This document shows positions 26,934-38,775 of a stretch of DNA of 64,000 nucleotides, piece by piece. Every line of letters begins with the position of its first letter. Positions within the stretch are counted from its first letter, which is position 1. The stretch lies in NCBI GenBank assembly GCA_965240325.2, contig OZ251242.1, positions 1,426,001 to 1,490,000 of the forward strand. The letters run 5' to 3'. A model generated the notes under the pieces. That model saw only the letters and a program-made list of their open reading frames with translations. It made no database searches and was not told the DNA's origin. This DNA is from Rebecca billardiae RCC1528 (Eukaryota > Protista > Haptophyta). Made by a program: the position numbers and the translations under genes.

Positions 26934-27899
26934 TCAGAGCACGTCGAAGGAGGCGCGCACGAGCTCGAGCTCCGCCCACACGGCGCCCGCCTGCTGCTGC
27001 GCGGCCGCGGGGCCGCCCAGCGGCGCGGAGACGTCGAGCAGCCAGAGCACGTCCGCCTCGAGCCCGCCCGCGCCGCGCGGCTCGTACGCGCCGCCGCCGT
27101 CGAGCAGCGCGTCGCGGCCGAGGGCGGTCGGCAGCGCGCCGCCCGGCCGCGCGCCGCCGCTCCGCTGTGCCGCGCTCAGGCCGAGCGGCAGCCGGCCTGC
27201 GGTGAGGGCGCACGCGTGCCGCCGGCGCAGGTCGCGCCCGCCCGCGTCGCACGCGCCGTCGACCCACGCGGCGGGCGGGCACGCGCTCGCCTCGTACCCA
27301 AAGCTCACGTACCGGCGGGTCGCGCCCAGCTGCAACCCGCCGCCGCCGCCGCCGCCGCCGCCGTCGGCTCGGCGCGCGTTGCGCAGCTCGTCCGCCTCGA
27401 CGGCGCCGATGGTGACGCTGAGCAGGCGCGAGGCGGGCGAGGCGACCTGCGCCTGTAGCGCGCGGCCGACGGCGTCCACCGCGTCGCGCGCCGACGCGGT
27501 GGGCGGCCGGCTGAGCAGCGCGCCCGCCAGCTCGGTCTGTGCTCGAGCGTCGAGCAGCGGGCCGCCCAGCTCGGCGCGCGCGGGCGCGGCGCGCACGCCG
27601 GCGTCGAGGGGCACGCACGTGAGTCGCGCCTCGGCGCCCGTCTCCGCGCGCGCCGCGAGCAGCACCACCTCCGCGTGCGTGCCCGAGAAGGTGTCGAGCT
27701 TGCGCCGCACCGCCCAGCCCTCTGGCAGCTGCAGCCGCCACGCCGCGCCCTCGCCGCCGACGGTGGCGGCGGCGGCGGGGAGCGGGCGTGGCAGGAGGGG
27801 CGGAGCGGCGGGTAGGAGCTCCGCGCTCAGCAGCGCCGCGAGCGCCGACAGCGAGCGCGTGCCGAGCTCGCGCCGCGTCGGCGGCGGCGCGCCGCGCAT
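26934..27899 (-). CDS. PsbP-domain-like thylakoid lumen protein (N-terminus uncertain)
   Basis: Twin-Arg TRRE plus hydrophobic stretch plus AAA; WRLQLPEGW start and VRASFDVL end, both typical of PsbP/PPD domains. Confidence 0.6.
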   Translation of the reverse strand: MRGAPPPTRRELGTRSLSALAALLSAELLPAAPPLLPRPLPAAAATVGGEGAAWRLQLPEGWAVRRKLDTFSGTHAEVVLLAARAETGAEARLTCVPLDAGVRAAPARAELGGPLLDARAQTELAGALLSRPPTASARDAVDAVGRALQAQVASPASRLLSVTIGAVEADELRNARRADGGGGGGGGGLQLGATRRYVSFGYEASACPPAAWVDGACDAGGRDLRRRHACALTAGRLPLGLSAAQRSGGARPGGALPTALGRDALLDGGGAYEPRGAGGLEADVLWLLDVSAPLGGPAAAQQQAGAVWAELELVRASFDVL

Positions 27900-28041
27900 C
27901 GTTGGGGCGTGAGAGACGCAAGCAGCGCGCGGCCGGGCGCGAGCTCGCCGCCTCCGCCTGCAGGGGCAGGACCGGACCTTCTTGCAGCAGAGGGTCGGCC
28001 GCCATCGTTCGGAGGCTGCGTCGCCGCCGCGTGTGGGCAAG

Positions 28042-29143
28042 AGTGCGCGCGCCCGGCGGCGCGCGCGTTGCGCACGCGGCGCGCGCGCGCGCTCCCCGCG
28101 CCTCAGCCTCGCTGCCCCGCTGCCCCGCGCCACACGCACGCGCACGCACTCACACACGCCACCTCGCGCGCGCGCCACGGTCCGCAGTGCCCAAGCGCTC
28201 GACGCACACCTACGAGTCTGAGAAGGATGGCTCCGCGCTGCCCAGCGTGCAGATGCACCCGCAGTACTGCCTCTCGTGCGGCGCGTGCTGCCTCGTCTCC
28301 GACACCCCGCTCGACGCGCTCCCGCGCCGCCGCTCCGACGGCGCGCACGTGCTCGAGCCGGGCGCGGTCGTGTTTAAGCTGATGGCCAAGGAGGCGGCCA
28401 TGGGGCCCGCGCTCGTGCGCCGGGGCGAGGCGGGCGTGGAGCGGCAGTGGCGGCTGGCGTGCGCCAAGTGCGAGCTGCCCGTCGCGTACCGCGCCGAGCC
28501 GGGCGCGCCCGCGTCCGCGCGCGTCTACCTGATCGACAAGGGCGTGGGGCTGCACCCGGCGCTGTCGGAGGAGGGCGGCGTGCCCAAGTGCATCCAGCCT
28601 GTCTCCACGCGCGCGGTGCGCGTGGCGTTCGAGGTGGGGCTGGGCGCGCACCGGCCGGGGATCGCGGCGATCACCGACACGGAGGTGCACGCGCACGTGC
28701 GCGCGCCGCACATGCGCGAGGGCGCCAACGCCGAGCTGCTCGAGCTGTGCGGGCGCGTGCTGCGCGTGCACCGGCACCGGCTGCAGCTCACGCGCGGCTG
28801 GTCGTTCAAGTCCAAGTTCGTGCTGGTGGCGGGGCTGGCGCGCGGGGAGGTGCACCAGCGGCTGCGCGCGGCGATGGACACGACGGACGGCTCGTACGCG
28901 CGCGCGCACGCCGGGCGCGCGCGCGCCGCCGCCGCGGGCGACGACGTCGACGGCGAGCGCGCGATGCCGCCGCCGCCGCCGGTCGGGCCGCCGGGCGCGC
29001 CCGGCGCGGGCGCCGCGGCCGCGCAGCGGATCGGCGCGGTCACCTCGTCGATTCGGCAGCAGTGGGAGGCGGGCGCGGGCGAGGACGACGGAGAGGACGA
29101 CCCGGTCGGCGCCGCCAAACGCTTCAAGGCGGGCTGGGCCTGA
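28042..29143 (+). CDS. STEEP1 (UPF0428)-like zinc domain plus DUF167/UPF0235 protein, like plant At5g63440
   Basis: [11 protein letters not shown]..., [46 protein letters not shown], then VPKCIQ...[14 protein letters not shown]...[14 protein letters not shown]. The ATG is assembled across intron 28043-28187. Confidence 0.85.
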
Positions 29144-29526
29144 CCGCGCTGCTCGACCCGTCGCGCGGACCGGTGGACGCCGGCTGGTCCGTGGTCGGGT
29201 TGGCCTGCCGGTGCAGTCTGATGCGCCGATCATACCGCGGGATAAAAAGGAACCATCGGAAAAGGGGCGAGATTTTCAGATTACCCTCGAAAGCGCGACG
29301 CTCGATCCTGACCAGAAGCTGCGGATCGGCGGCACCGGAATCTCAAATCTGCGCGCCGAATCCTGACGCTTCAGTTCACAGGGACAGCCTACGAGTCATG
29401 GGCACGCCGTGTCCAATAATATGTTGCGGCTCGCCAGTTGACGAGCTCTCCCGAGCAGGGGCCGTCCAAGACCGTGACCAGCCTGTGGCGCCGGTGGCAC
29501 GCAGCCGATTCTTCGCGCGGCAGGCG

Positions 29527-29922
29527 ATGTGGACGCCGACGCTGGCGGTGCACGACGCCTTCTCGGGCCTCGGCGCGCTGGCGCACGAGCTGCTCGGCGC
29601 GCTGGCGAGCAGCCTCGACGCGCTCCTGCTGCAGCCGAGCGCCGCGCACCCCGACCACTCGGCGCGCGCGGGCGGCGGCTGGCGCACGCCGCTGCTCGAG
29701 CTCGTGCGGCACGCGCTGGCGCCCTTCTTCCTGCACAACGTGGTGCTGGCGCACTGCGGCGGCGCGCTCGCGGGCACGCTGCTCGCCTCTTCGCTCTGCG
29801 TGCCTGACGCGCCGCACGGCGCGGGCTTGAGCCTGGGCGGCGCTTACGGCGGCGGCGAGGCCATACCCGGCCTGCTGGCGGGCGGTGCGCTGCGCATCGG
29901 GCAGTCGAGTGCCGCCTTGTAG
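29527..29922 (+). CDS. Small hydrophobic hypothetical protein (131 aa)
   Basis: Coding-like codon pattern from MWTPTLAVHDAF; no recognisable family. Confidence 0.45.
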   Translation: MWTPTLAVHDAFSGLGALAHELLGALASSLDALLLQPSAAHPDHSARAGGGWRTPLLELVRHALAPFFLHNVVLAHCGGALAGTLLASSLCVPDAPHGAGLSLGGAYGGGEAIPGLLAGGALRIGQSSAAL

Positions 29923-30437
29923 CGCCGGCACGCGGCCGGTGGCCACCGCGGCCACGGGCGCGTGCGCCGTCGAGGGCTGCGCAGCGGCCAGCGTACTGTC
30001 CTCGGCTGTGGCCGCGGCGTCGCTGACTACGACCATAACGATCGACGGACATTCCCGTCTCAGCATCATGGTTGAGCGCGTGCGCCGCCACGGCAGACGA
30101 ACGCGCACGATTCGCATAGCGACGATTATTGCTGACTGCTGATGATGTATAGATCGATATGATGATGCATGACCCGCGTCGTCTTACAGTAACCATTCTA
30201 TTAGTAAAATCATCTGCTGCCATAGCTTAGCGCACCGCGCCTGTCCCGTTAGTCCGCGCAGTGTCACCGTCGGCTGCGCCGCTGTCAGAGTGTCACATCG
30301 CATGCCGTCAGGAGTGACCTGACGGCGACGCATGAGTGCGTGCTGGCGGCGGGCGTCGGGGAGCGCACGCCCATCACACCGATGGCATGCCGCGGCGGCG
30401 CTACTCGCCGAGACCGCGGTGGCGCCGACAGCCGCCC

Positions 30438-31943
30438 CTACGCCTCCGGGCGTTCGCCCGTCACGTGTCGCACGAGCGCCGGCGGCGGCGTGTTGCGCGC
30501 GCGCGCCGCGCGCGGGTGCAGCAGCCGCCACGCCTGGCGGCGCAGCGCGCGCGCCGCGCCGTGCAGCGCGCGCACGCCGCCCCTGCGCGTGCCGCCGAGC
30601 AGCGCGAGGTACTCGGCGGTCGCGCCGTGCCAGTCGTGCCCCGGCCCGGCGGGCTCGACGTACAGCTCGTGCGCCGACAGCCTCCCCGAGCCGTCCGCGT
30701 CCAGCCGCCTGAAGTGCGCGCGCACCGCGCCCACCACCTCGTCCTCCACCGAGTACACGGCCGCCAGCACGTGCGAGACGAACGCGTCCTCGGAGAGCGA
30801 GTGGTTGGCGGCGGCGTGGAGGAGGGCGGGGAGGGAGGCGCAGCGGCGGAGGGTCCACTGCGCCGACGCGCGCGCGGCGAGCTCGCGCACCGCGCCCGCC
30901 ACGCACGTCACGCTCAGCGGCAGGTAGGCGCACGCCAGCGCGCGCCCGCGCGCCGTGCTTGGCGCCAGGTCTCCGAACCCGACTGTGGTCACCGAGCACG
31001 CGGCGAAGTAGAGCGCGTCGAGCGGCGCCCAGCCCTCGGCGCGGGAGAAGGCGGCGGCGCCGCCGAAGAGGCAGAGCCAGATCGGCATGGACGCGCGCGC
31101 GAACGGCTGCAGCGCCGAGGCGCGCGCGCCCACGGCGCGCGCGCCGCGCGCGAGCGCGCGCAGCGCGCGCCGCACGCGCGGCGCGGGCCGCGCGCGCCGC
31201 GCCGGCGCGAGCGCCGCGCCGCCGGCCTCGGCGGCGGGCTCCGGCGCGCGCGCGCCGGCGTCGGCGGCCTGCAGCCGCACCAGCCGGCGCAGCGAGCCCA
31301 CCGACATCCGCACCAGCGCCCTCTCCGCCGCGAGCTGCACCTCGAGCACCGCGGCCACGCACGAGGCAAGCGCGTACCAGAGCACGCCCACGGACGCGAG
31401 CGCAAACCCGACGGTGAACGCGCGGCACGCGGGGCCGCGCGGCGCGAGGTCGCCGTAGCCGACGGTGGTGACGGTCGAGGCGAGGAAGTACGCCGTGTCC
31501 AGCCACGACCAGCCCTCGTGCCGCGCGTACACGCGCGCGGCCGCCGTGAGCGCGGCGGCGACAAAGGCGAGCGGCGGGAGCGCGCGCAGCAGCAGCGCGC
31601 GCGCGCGGCGCTCGGGGCGCTCCGCGTCGGGCGCGGCGGGCGCGTCGGGGAAGGGAACGGGCGTGGGCGTCGCCAGCAGCGCGCGCGGCGCCGCGCGCGC
31701 GCCCAGCCGCGCGCCGCGCGCGCGCGTGGCCGACGCGGCCGCGCGCGGCCGCGCGGCGTACGGCACGCACGGCTCGGCGCCGAGCAGCAGCAGCAGCAGC
31801 GGCAGCAGCAGCAGCGGCGGCGGCGAGAGCACGCGGGCGCGGCCGAGCCGCCGCGCGTACGCGCGCGGGCGGTGGGCGCCCTGCGCTGCCCGATCCGCGT
31901 GCGCCTCCCTCGGCTTCGCGGGCGGGCGGCCGCCGCCGGCCAT
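30438..31943 (-). CDS. Two-pore-domain K+ channel (TPK/KCO-like) with an EF-hand
   Basis: Two pore loops (TVTTVGYGD, SVTTVGFGD), four TM helices, C-terminal EF-hand DADGSGRLSAHEL. Confidence 0.9.
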   Translation of the reverse strand: MAGGGRPPAKPREAHADRAAQGAHRPRAYARRLGRARVLSPPPLLLLPLLLLLLGAEPCVPYAARPRAAASATRARGARLGARAAPRALLATPTPVPFPDAPAAPDAERPERRARALLLRALPPLAFVAAALTAAARVYARHEGWSWLDTAYFLASTVTTVGYGDLAPRGPACRAFTVGFALASVGVLWYALASCVAAVLEVQLAAERALVRMSVGSLRRLVRLQAADAGARAPEPAAEAGGAALAPARRARPAPRVRRALRALARGARAVGARASALQPFARASMPIWLCLFGGAAAFSRAEGWAPLDALYFAACSVTTVGFGDLAPSTARGRALACAYLPLSVTCVAGAVRELAARASAQWTLRRCASLPALLHAAANHSLSEDAFVSHVLAAVYSVEDEVVGAVRAHFRRLDADGSGRLSAHELYVEPAGPGHDWHGATAEYLALLGGTRRGGVRALHGAARALRRQAWRLLHPRAARARNTPPPALVRHVTGERPEA

Positions 31944-32170
31944 CTCGGAGACTCGGACGGTGTTCGAGCCGCCTCGCCGCCTCGCGTGCCGGTTGACCCA
32001 CATCCAGACTCCAGAGCCCTCTCTTCAGACTTGAGCAGCGGCAGCCATCATTGTGCGACGAACGCCATCGTTGGCAGCGCCGTGTCCACGGTCGGCTCGT
32101 TCGCCGAGCTCGTCTGCACCCGCCCAGCCTCGCCCGCTCGCGCAACCGCGCGGCCCCAATCGTCGCAGCC

Positions 32171-32546
32171 ATGAGCGGGCGCGTGCAGAAAGTGATGACC
32201 CAGCCCATCGTACGCGCGCCACGCGGCGCGGCGACGCGCGGCGCCCTCGCGGCGCGCGCGTGCACGGCGCGCGCGCTGACGCGATCGCCTCGTCGCCGCG
32301 CCGCGCCGGCGCGGCCGCGCGCAGAACCTCATCTTCCGATATCTGCAGAACAAGACGAGGATACAGGTGTGGCTGTACGAGCAGACTGATCTGCGGATCG
32401 AGGGGCGCATCATCGGCTTCGACGAGTTCATGAACCTCGTGCTCGACGACGCGGAGGAGGTGAACAAGAAGAAGAAGACGCGACGAACGCTCGGGCGCAT
32501 CCTGCTCAAGGGCGACAACATCACGCTGCTCATGAGCGTCGAATAA
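32171..32546 (+). CDS. SNRPE: Small nuclear ribonucleoprotein E (SmE)
   Basis: [13 protein letters not shown]|[45 protein letters not shown]...[14 protein letters not shown]; intron 32210-32324. Confidence 0.97.
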
Positions 32547-33241
32547 TGAACCGGGCGCGGGGCGGGTGGCCCGCGGGCAGGGGCCGGGCCGGCGAGCGCC
32601 ACCACGATCAGCATGCGGCAGTGCCGCTGCGCCGCTCAGTCGCTGCTGCGCCGCGGGCGCCCGGCCGCGCCAGCGTGTGCTGAGCGCGCGAGGCATACGG
32701 GCCGCCAGCGCCGCGGCCGCTTACTCTGCTCACAACCGACTGCATGTGGCGCCGTGGGCCTTGCATCCCGCCATACCGGTTGCGGCTCGTTGGCTGGCAT
32801 CACCCGATGCCCGGAGTCACCGAGTGCCCCGGGACCCGGACCCGGCCGCGCGGCAGCCGCCTCGGGCCATTGCGGGCCACGCGCCCCTGGCAGAGTCTCG
32901 GGCTCGGCGCTGGCTGACGTTACCTCAGCACGACTGCCTCTGAATCGCGTCGTCACGCGAGTCGGGCCGTCGTCACGACCACTGTGTGTCAGGGATCGAC
33001 TCGTCGTGCATTCTCTCTGTCAGTGAGGACGGGTGCAGAGTCAGAGTGCAATGACTGTGCCGCTTGTCAGTGACTCTGTCACTGACAGCAAGTTGAAAGA
33101 CGTGTGAGTGGCCCGTGAAAAAACAAATTCGTAGTCGACGCGATATTCGTCGCGGAACTCGGAAAATCGTGGAGGAGTGGTGCGCTTTCCCGCCTGGCCC
33201 CCCGCGCTCGTCCGTCCACCGCAAGCACGCCGGCGGGCACA

Positions 33242-34276
33242 ATGGTGACGGTGGAGGAGCACGACGACTTTGTGGTGCTGTCCGCGCCAGCCATGGCGCC
33301 CACCGTCGACAACGCCCCGCCGACGCCGCCCGCGCCCGCCGCTCCGCCGACTGCGCATGCCGACGATGTGCCGGCGGGCAGCGCTTCGGAGCCGTCGCCT
33401 GTGCGGCCGCCGGTGGGGAGGACAGCCCCGGTGGCGTCTCAGACGGAGGCGCGGACGGGCGTGTCAGTCGCGTGGCTCTTTCTCATCCCCGTCGCACTCG
33501 CCATCTTCTGCGTCGGCGTCGACATTGGCTCCGCCCTGGAGGCGCACGCCACCAGCAGCGCCGAGCGCGAGCGGCGGTCTGCGGACGGCGGGCACACCCT
33601 CGCGGCAGGGCTGTCGGCAGAGGCCGAGGCCGAGGTCTCGACGCGCGCTAGCAGCCTGGCGCCAACGTGCGGGCCACACGCCGAGGATGCGGTGCGGGCA
33701 GCCGCGACCCGCTCCCCGCAGCGCGGCGCGTCCGCGCGGCGCGTGAGCTGGCGCTGACGCCCCTGCGCGCCGCCGCGGCGACCGCCGTGCCCCGTGCGCG
33801 TGCGTGCCCCCGCCCCCTCCGCCCTTGCTCGCGCCGCCGCCGCGCAGGCGGCCGCCGACGCCTGGATCGGCCTTGAGCCCCTCGAGCGCGAGCTCACCGC
33901 CACGCGCGCGCGCGCACAGGCCGCGGAGCGCGAGGCGCACGAGCTGCGCGCGCAGCTCGAGCAGCTGCGCGCGCGCTCGAGCGCGCTGGTCGCGCACCTC
34001 AACTACACGTACGCCGTGAGCGCCAAGTGGGAGTCGATCGCCCGCGCCGGGATCGCCGCGCACAACCGGTGGAAGGCGCGCGAGCTCCAGCGCAAGATGC
34101 TCTGGCGGCAGGCACAGATGCGGGACGCCGCGCGCGCCCGCGCGGCGGGCGTGCAGCAGCAGCTGGCGCGTGGCGGCCGAGGCCGTGGCAAGGCCGGCTC
34201 GGCCAAGGCCAAGAAGGTGGCCGCCGACGCGCGCTGCGCAGAGCGCGAGTGCCCGCCGGCGCCCAAGCAGCAGTAG
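33242..34276 (+). CDS. Single-TM coiled-coil hypothetical protein
   Basis: Exon 1 33242-33691 carries the TM segment WLFLIPVALAIFCVGV; GT-AG intron 33692-33847; exon 2 is heptad-rich ([30 protein letters not shown]). Confidence 0.6.
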
Positions 34277-34326
34277 CGCAGCTGTCGCTGCCCGGCTCAG
34301 TCCTCGGACGCACCGCCGGTGGCCGC

Positions 34327-34470
34327 GCCCACGGCCACCGAGTCGGGCGTGCCCCTCTGACAGGCCGCTCCCACCAAGGGCCTCGAACGGTCTGAGGGGC
34401 CCACGGCCACCGAGTCGGGCGTGCCCCTCTGACAGGCCGCTCCCACCAAGGGCCTCGAACGGTCTGAGGG
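34327..34470 (+). repeat. Perfect 72-bp tandem duplication (2 copies)
   Basis: gcccacggccaccgagtc...ggtctgaggg occurs at 34327 and 34399. Confidence 0.95.
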
Positions 34471-35193
34471 CCGGGAGCACCACCACGGCACCTCGGCGCC
34501 ATCTCCCGCCGAGCTGAGCGCGGCGTGCTGCGACGCTCGCCCCGGCCCTCCGTGGAGCAGCGCCGACCGCGCCGCGGCTGGCGTGGCGCCGTGCGCAGCC
34601 CTCGCGCCGCACGCCGCCAGGTCAGTGGCGCAGGAGCGAGGCAGGACTCCTGCGGCAGGACCGCCGCACCCCGTGGGGCGCCGGGGGCGCCGGGGCTCGC
34701 CATCACCGCAGCACCTGCACAGTACGTGCATGCACCCGTCGGTCAAGCGCGCCGTTCAGCATGGCCACCGTCGCGAGCTCACGCTCAGAGGCGGCCGTAG
34801 GCTGCGGCTGCCGACCCGGGCCGGACCGCCGCGGCGCCGCCGCGCTCCGCTTCCGCTGCCATGCTGCTCAGTGCTGCGCCGCTACTGGAGTCGCGGCTAC
34901 TGCGCGCGCTGATGCTGCGTGCCACTGCTGATATTCTATATTCCGATATTCTATTCCGATGCTATATCTGCTGCTGCGCGTAGGCGTGCCATCCTCCGCC
35001 GCGCTGACCCGCCTGCAATACACTACGCACATCGTGCGCCTTCAGCTTGGGCCCGCGCTCCAGCGGCGCTCGGCACCGGGCCGCGTCAGTGCGCCGTCAG
35101 GCCGTTCGCAGCCCGACCGAGCAGAGGCTCAGCGCGGCGGGCGGGGTGTGGGCGCAGCGGCGGCGGGGCGGGCTCTCCGGACGAGTAGCGCCC

Positions 35194-36006
35194 TCAGCTC
35201 GCGCGCGCCTTGGGCAGCTGCCGGCAGCCGCGCTTCTCGAACTGCTGCGCCATCTGCTTGGCGTCGCACAGCACGGGGAAGAAGTGCACCTGCCCGCGCA
35301 CGGCGCCCTGCGCCACCTTCTCCGCCGAGTTGGCGAGCGCGCCCGGCCCGGCGTCCCACTCGCTCTCGGGCGTCTGGTTCTCCTTGAAGTACACGAGGAT
35401 CGGCGGCAGCCCCGCCTCCAGCCAGCCGTCCGGGAAGAAGGCCCAGTTGACAAACGCGCGGTACGGCCAGCGGTTGGCGCCGCCCACCAGGATGTTCTCG
35501 CCGCTGGCCTGCAGCCCGTCGGGCGCGTCGTCGTCGCCCGGCAGCGACTTGGGCGCCATCTTCAGCTCGAACGCCTCGTCGTCGAACACGAAGCGGATGC
35601 GCGACGCCTGCACGGCGAAGAGCGCGCCGAGCAGCAGCCCGAGCACGCCCGGCCCCTCGAGCAGCAGGCCGACGTACGGCAGCGGCACGGAGCTGCCGGC
35701 GTAGAAGAGCGCGGTGCCCAGCGCGACGAAGATCGCGGCGAGCGTGTAGTCCTCGCGGATCACCACCGGCGGCTCCGCCTTTGCGCGCGTCGGCCTCGGC
35801 TGCGGCTTCTTGCCGCCGAACACGCCCTTGAACAGCTTCGCCACGCCCGCGGGCGCGAAGAAGTCGTCCCCCATGTCCTCGGGCAGGTTCATGCGCACGC
35901 GCGCGGGCGGGCGCGCCAGCGCGCTCGCACGCGCCGGCGTGGGCCGCACGCTCGGCTGCGCGTGCAGCCCGAGCACCGCGAGCGCCGCGGTCGTCGCGAG
36001 CAGCAT
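35194..36006 (-). CDS. DUF3119 family plastid membrane protein
   Basis: Signal plus transit-like N-terminus; QASRIRFVFDDEAFE, GENILVGGANRWPY...VNW, PILVYFKENQT, GQVHFFPVL. Confidence 0.88.
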   Translation of the reverse strand: MLLATTAALAVLGLHAQPSVRPTPARASALARPPARVRMNLPEDMGDDFFAPAGVAKLFKGVFGGKKPQPRPTRAKAEPPVVIREDYTLAAIFVALGTALFYAGSSVPLPYVGLLLEGPGVLGLLLGALFAVQASRIRFVFDDEAFELKMAPKSLPGDDDAPDGLQASGENILVGGANRWPYRAFVNWAFFPDGWLEAGLPPILVYFKENQTPESEWDAGPGALANSAEKVAQGAVRGQVHFFPVLCDAKQMAQQFEKRGCRQLPKARAS

Positions 36007-36250
36007 GCTGGCGGCCGACGACGCGACGATGTGCCGAGTCGTGAGCGGAGTGGTGTCCAGATTCGCGCACCGACGACGGAGGTACCCGCCCTATCGAGAC
36101 CGACCGTAAATCGATGACCCGCCGATTATCCGCGGCATATCAATTATTAACTTCACGACCGCGCGCCCACCGGGCTACCGATCGACAGGGCGGGTGCGCA
36201 TCAAGATCGCTGCGCGAGGTCGTCGCGCCGTCGCAGCACGCGCGCGAGGC

Positions 36251-37595
36251 CTACGCGGCGGCGGCGTCCGCCTGCTCGGCGGGCGTGGTCGTGAGCTCTG
36301 GCCTCGGCGGCGGATTGGTGGGCGTGCCGTCCGCGGTGACGACGAGGTACGGCCCCTCGTCGACCGGCCAGAGCGAGCAGAAGCACTGCAGCAGCCACGC
36401 CTCGGACACGACGCAGATGGGCTCGCGCCCCTCCTTGGCGCGCTCTGCGCTCTCGCGCGTCGCCTGCCGCACCTTTGGGCTCTGGCTCCAGTCGACCGGC
36501 CGCTCGCCTGAGCGGCCCGAGCCGGAGTCGCGCACGACGAGGTGCGTGGTCGAGGCGCGCACGCTGAAGGAGAGCGACGCGCCGAAGCGCACGGCCAGCC
36601 GGCACGCGGGCTCCTCGCGCATCGCCTCCGCCGTCGGGTGCTTGTACCCGGTGAGGGACAGCTCCACGTGCGCCATCAGAGGGCGGCACAGCTCAGAGAG
36701 GACGACGCGCGCGTCGCGTGCCACGCCGCCCACGGGCGCGGCGGGCGCGCCGGCGCGGATGCCGAGGCACGCGGAGTGCACGTGGCGCAGGTACTGCGGC
36801 AGCACGTGCAGCGCCGAGTCACGCCGGTCGCCCACGAAGCGCGAGATCAGGATGAGGTTGGGCACGTGCTCGCGCCTGCCGCGCGCGCGCCGCACGCGCG
36901 CCGCACGCGCGCGGCAGCGGTGTGGCGCGCGCGTCAGCGCGGGAGGGAGCGGGCGAGAGCGAGCGGGCGAGAGGGAGAGGGGCGCGGCGGCGAGGCGCGC
37001 GCGCGCGCACCATGCGTACAGCGCGTCGTCGATCACGAGCACGGAGCGCTCGTCCACGCCGACGCGCGCGAGCTCCTTGGTGGTGCGGTCGTGCTCGGGC
37101 GTCCACACGCACACCTGGCCGGGCGGGAACACCTCGCCCTCGGGGTCGAGCACGGGCAGCACCTGCGCGGCGGAGAGGGCACGAGGGCGCGGCTGGGCGC
37201 CGGCGGCCCCGTGCGCAGCGCGCCCTGCCGCGCGCGCTGGTGCGCACCTGCGAGACGTACTCCTGCGTGCCCATCGTGTACAGGAAGCACGTGTACAGCC
37301 GCGACATCTTGTGCAAGAACTCGACCGCGCCCGGGCGGAGCAGCACGTCGAAGCGCTCGTCGCCGAGCACGACGACGCATGACTCGAGCTCGGGCAGCCC
37401 GGGCGTCATCTCCTTCGCCGAGAGCACCGGCGGCGGCGTGCGGTCCTTCCGCAGCGCGTACACGAGCGTCTCGTCGAGGTCGATCACGAGGCACAGCTTG
37501 TCCGGCCGGGCCTCGACGCGCTGCCCGCGCGCGGCGTAGCTGCGCGGCGAGAGGATCTGCTCGGGGGGCACCGGCGGCGGCTGCATGCGCTCCAT
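36251..37595 (-). CDS. RNA polymerase II CTD phosphatase, FCP1/CPL3-4-like (FCPH plus BRCT)
   Basis: LVIDLDETLV, LRPGAVEFL, YTMGTQEY, VLVIDD; BRCT motifs TTHLVV...VSEAWLLQC; introns 37163-37247 and 36876-37010. Confidence 0.9.
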
Positions 37596-37779
37596 CCGCC
37601 CGCTGGCGGCCGCGCGCCGCGCGCGTGCTCCGTGGCCGCGCGGATGCGTTCCCGCTGCCGCCCTCGCAGCGCTGTGTCCTGAGCAACTCCCTGTCGCCAC
37701 TAGTCCTGCTGGCGTGGGCGTGCGCAGCAGCTGCAGTGGCAAGCAGTCCTGCAGTCCTGCTCATTCCTCGCAGCGCACA

Positions 37780-38775
37780 ATGGCGGCCCCGGGCGGCGAC
37801 GACGAGGCCCAACGCTTTGCGCGAGAGGGGTACGCGGTCGTGCACGACGCGGTGCCGGGTGGTGCGGTCGCGGCGCTCGCCGCGGAGTGCGACGCCCTCG
37901 CCGCCACGCGCGCGCGGCTCGCGCGCAAGCGCGCGCGCGCCCAAGAGCAGCGAGCGACGGAGGCGCGGCGCGGCCGCGCCGACGCCGACGCCGACGCCGC
38001 GTCCTCGTCCGAGTCGGACGAGGACCCGCTGCTCGACCCGTTCGAGCGCGTGCACGTGGCGGAGGACGATCCCGTGCGCACCGACGCGCGCGCCTGGCTC
38101 CGCGCGCGATCCGCCGCCGCCGCCGCCGTGGGCGCCTCCGAGTGCGCGTGGGCGCCGGACGGTCCGCTCGCGCGGCTCGTGCTGAGCCAGCTGCCCGAGA
38201 TGGTCGCCCGCCTGCTCGGCGCGGCGGCGCGCGCGGGCGGCGCGCGCGTGGTGCTGTTCAGCGAGCACTACGTGCGCAAGCCCGCGCGCACCGACGCCGT
38301 GTACGCGTGGCACACCGACGCGGCCGAGCAGCTGCCGCCGCACCCGACGCGCCGCGGCGTGTGCGCGCGGTCCACGGCTAGGTACGTGTCGGTGTGGGTG
38401 GCGCTCGACCCCGTGGGCGCGCACAACGGCGGCGTGCGCGTGCTGCCGCGGCCGGCGGCGCGCGAGCTCGGGCTCGGGCCGCTGGACGACGGCCACGTCG
38501 CCGCGGAGCGCGTCGAGGCCGCCGCGCCCTGCGGCGCGGTGCGGCTCTTCCCGCTGGCGCCGGGCGCGTGCGCGGCGTGGGGCAGCGACGTGTGGCACGC
38601 GTCCGGGCCCAACCGCGCGGCGGCCGCGCGGCGCGCGTACATGGCGCAGTACGCGCTCGTCGGCGCCGACGACGAGGCGGGCGCCGACGGCGGGGCGCTT
38701 GCGCCGCTGAGCCTCGCCGTCCCGCCGCTGCGCGCGACCGCCCGCCGAGCGGCGAGCGGAGATGGCGCCGAGTGA
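37780..38775 (+). CDS. Phytanoyl-CoA dioxygenase (PhyH) family Fe/2OG oxygenase
   Basis: FAREGYAVV, KP...WHTD, SVWVALD...NGGVRVLP, WHASGPN...RRA. Confidence 0.88.
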   Translation: MAAPGGDDEAQRFAREGYAVVHDAVPGGAVAALAAECDALAATRARLARKRARAQEQRATEARRGRADADADAASSSESDEDPLLDPFERVHVAEDDPVRTDARAWLRARSAAAAAVGASECAWAPDGPLARLVLSQLPEMVARLLGAAARAGGARVVLFSEHYVRKPARTDAVYAWHTDAAEQLPPHPTRRGVCARSTARYVSVWVALDPVGAHNGGVRVLPRPAARELGLGPLDDGHVAAERVEAAAPCGAVRLFPLAPGACAAWGSDVWHASGPNRAAAARRAYMAQYALVGADDEAGADGGALAPLSLAVPPLRATARRAASGDGAE

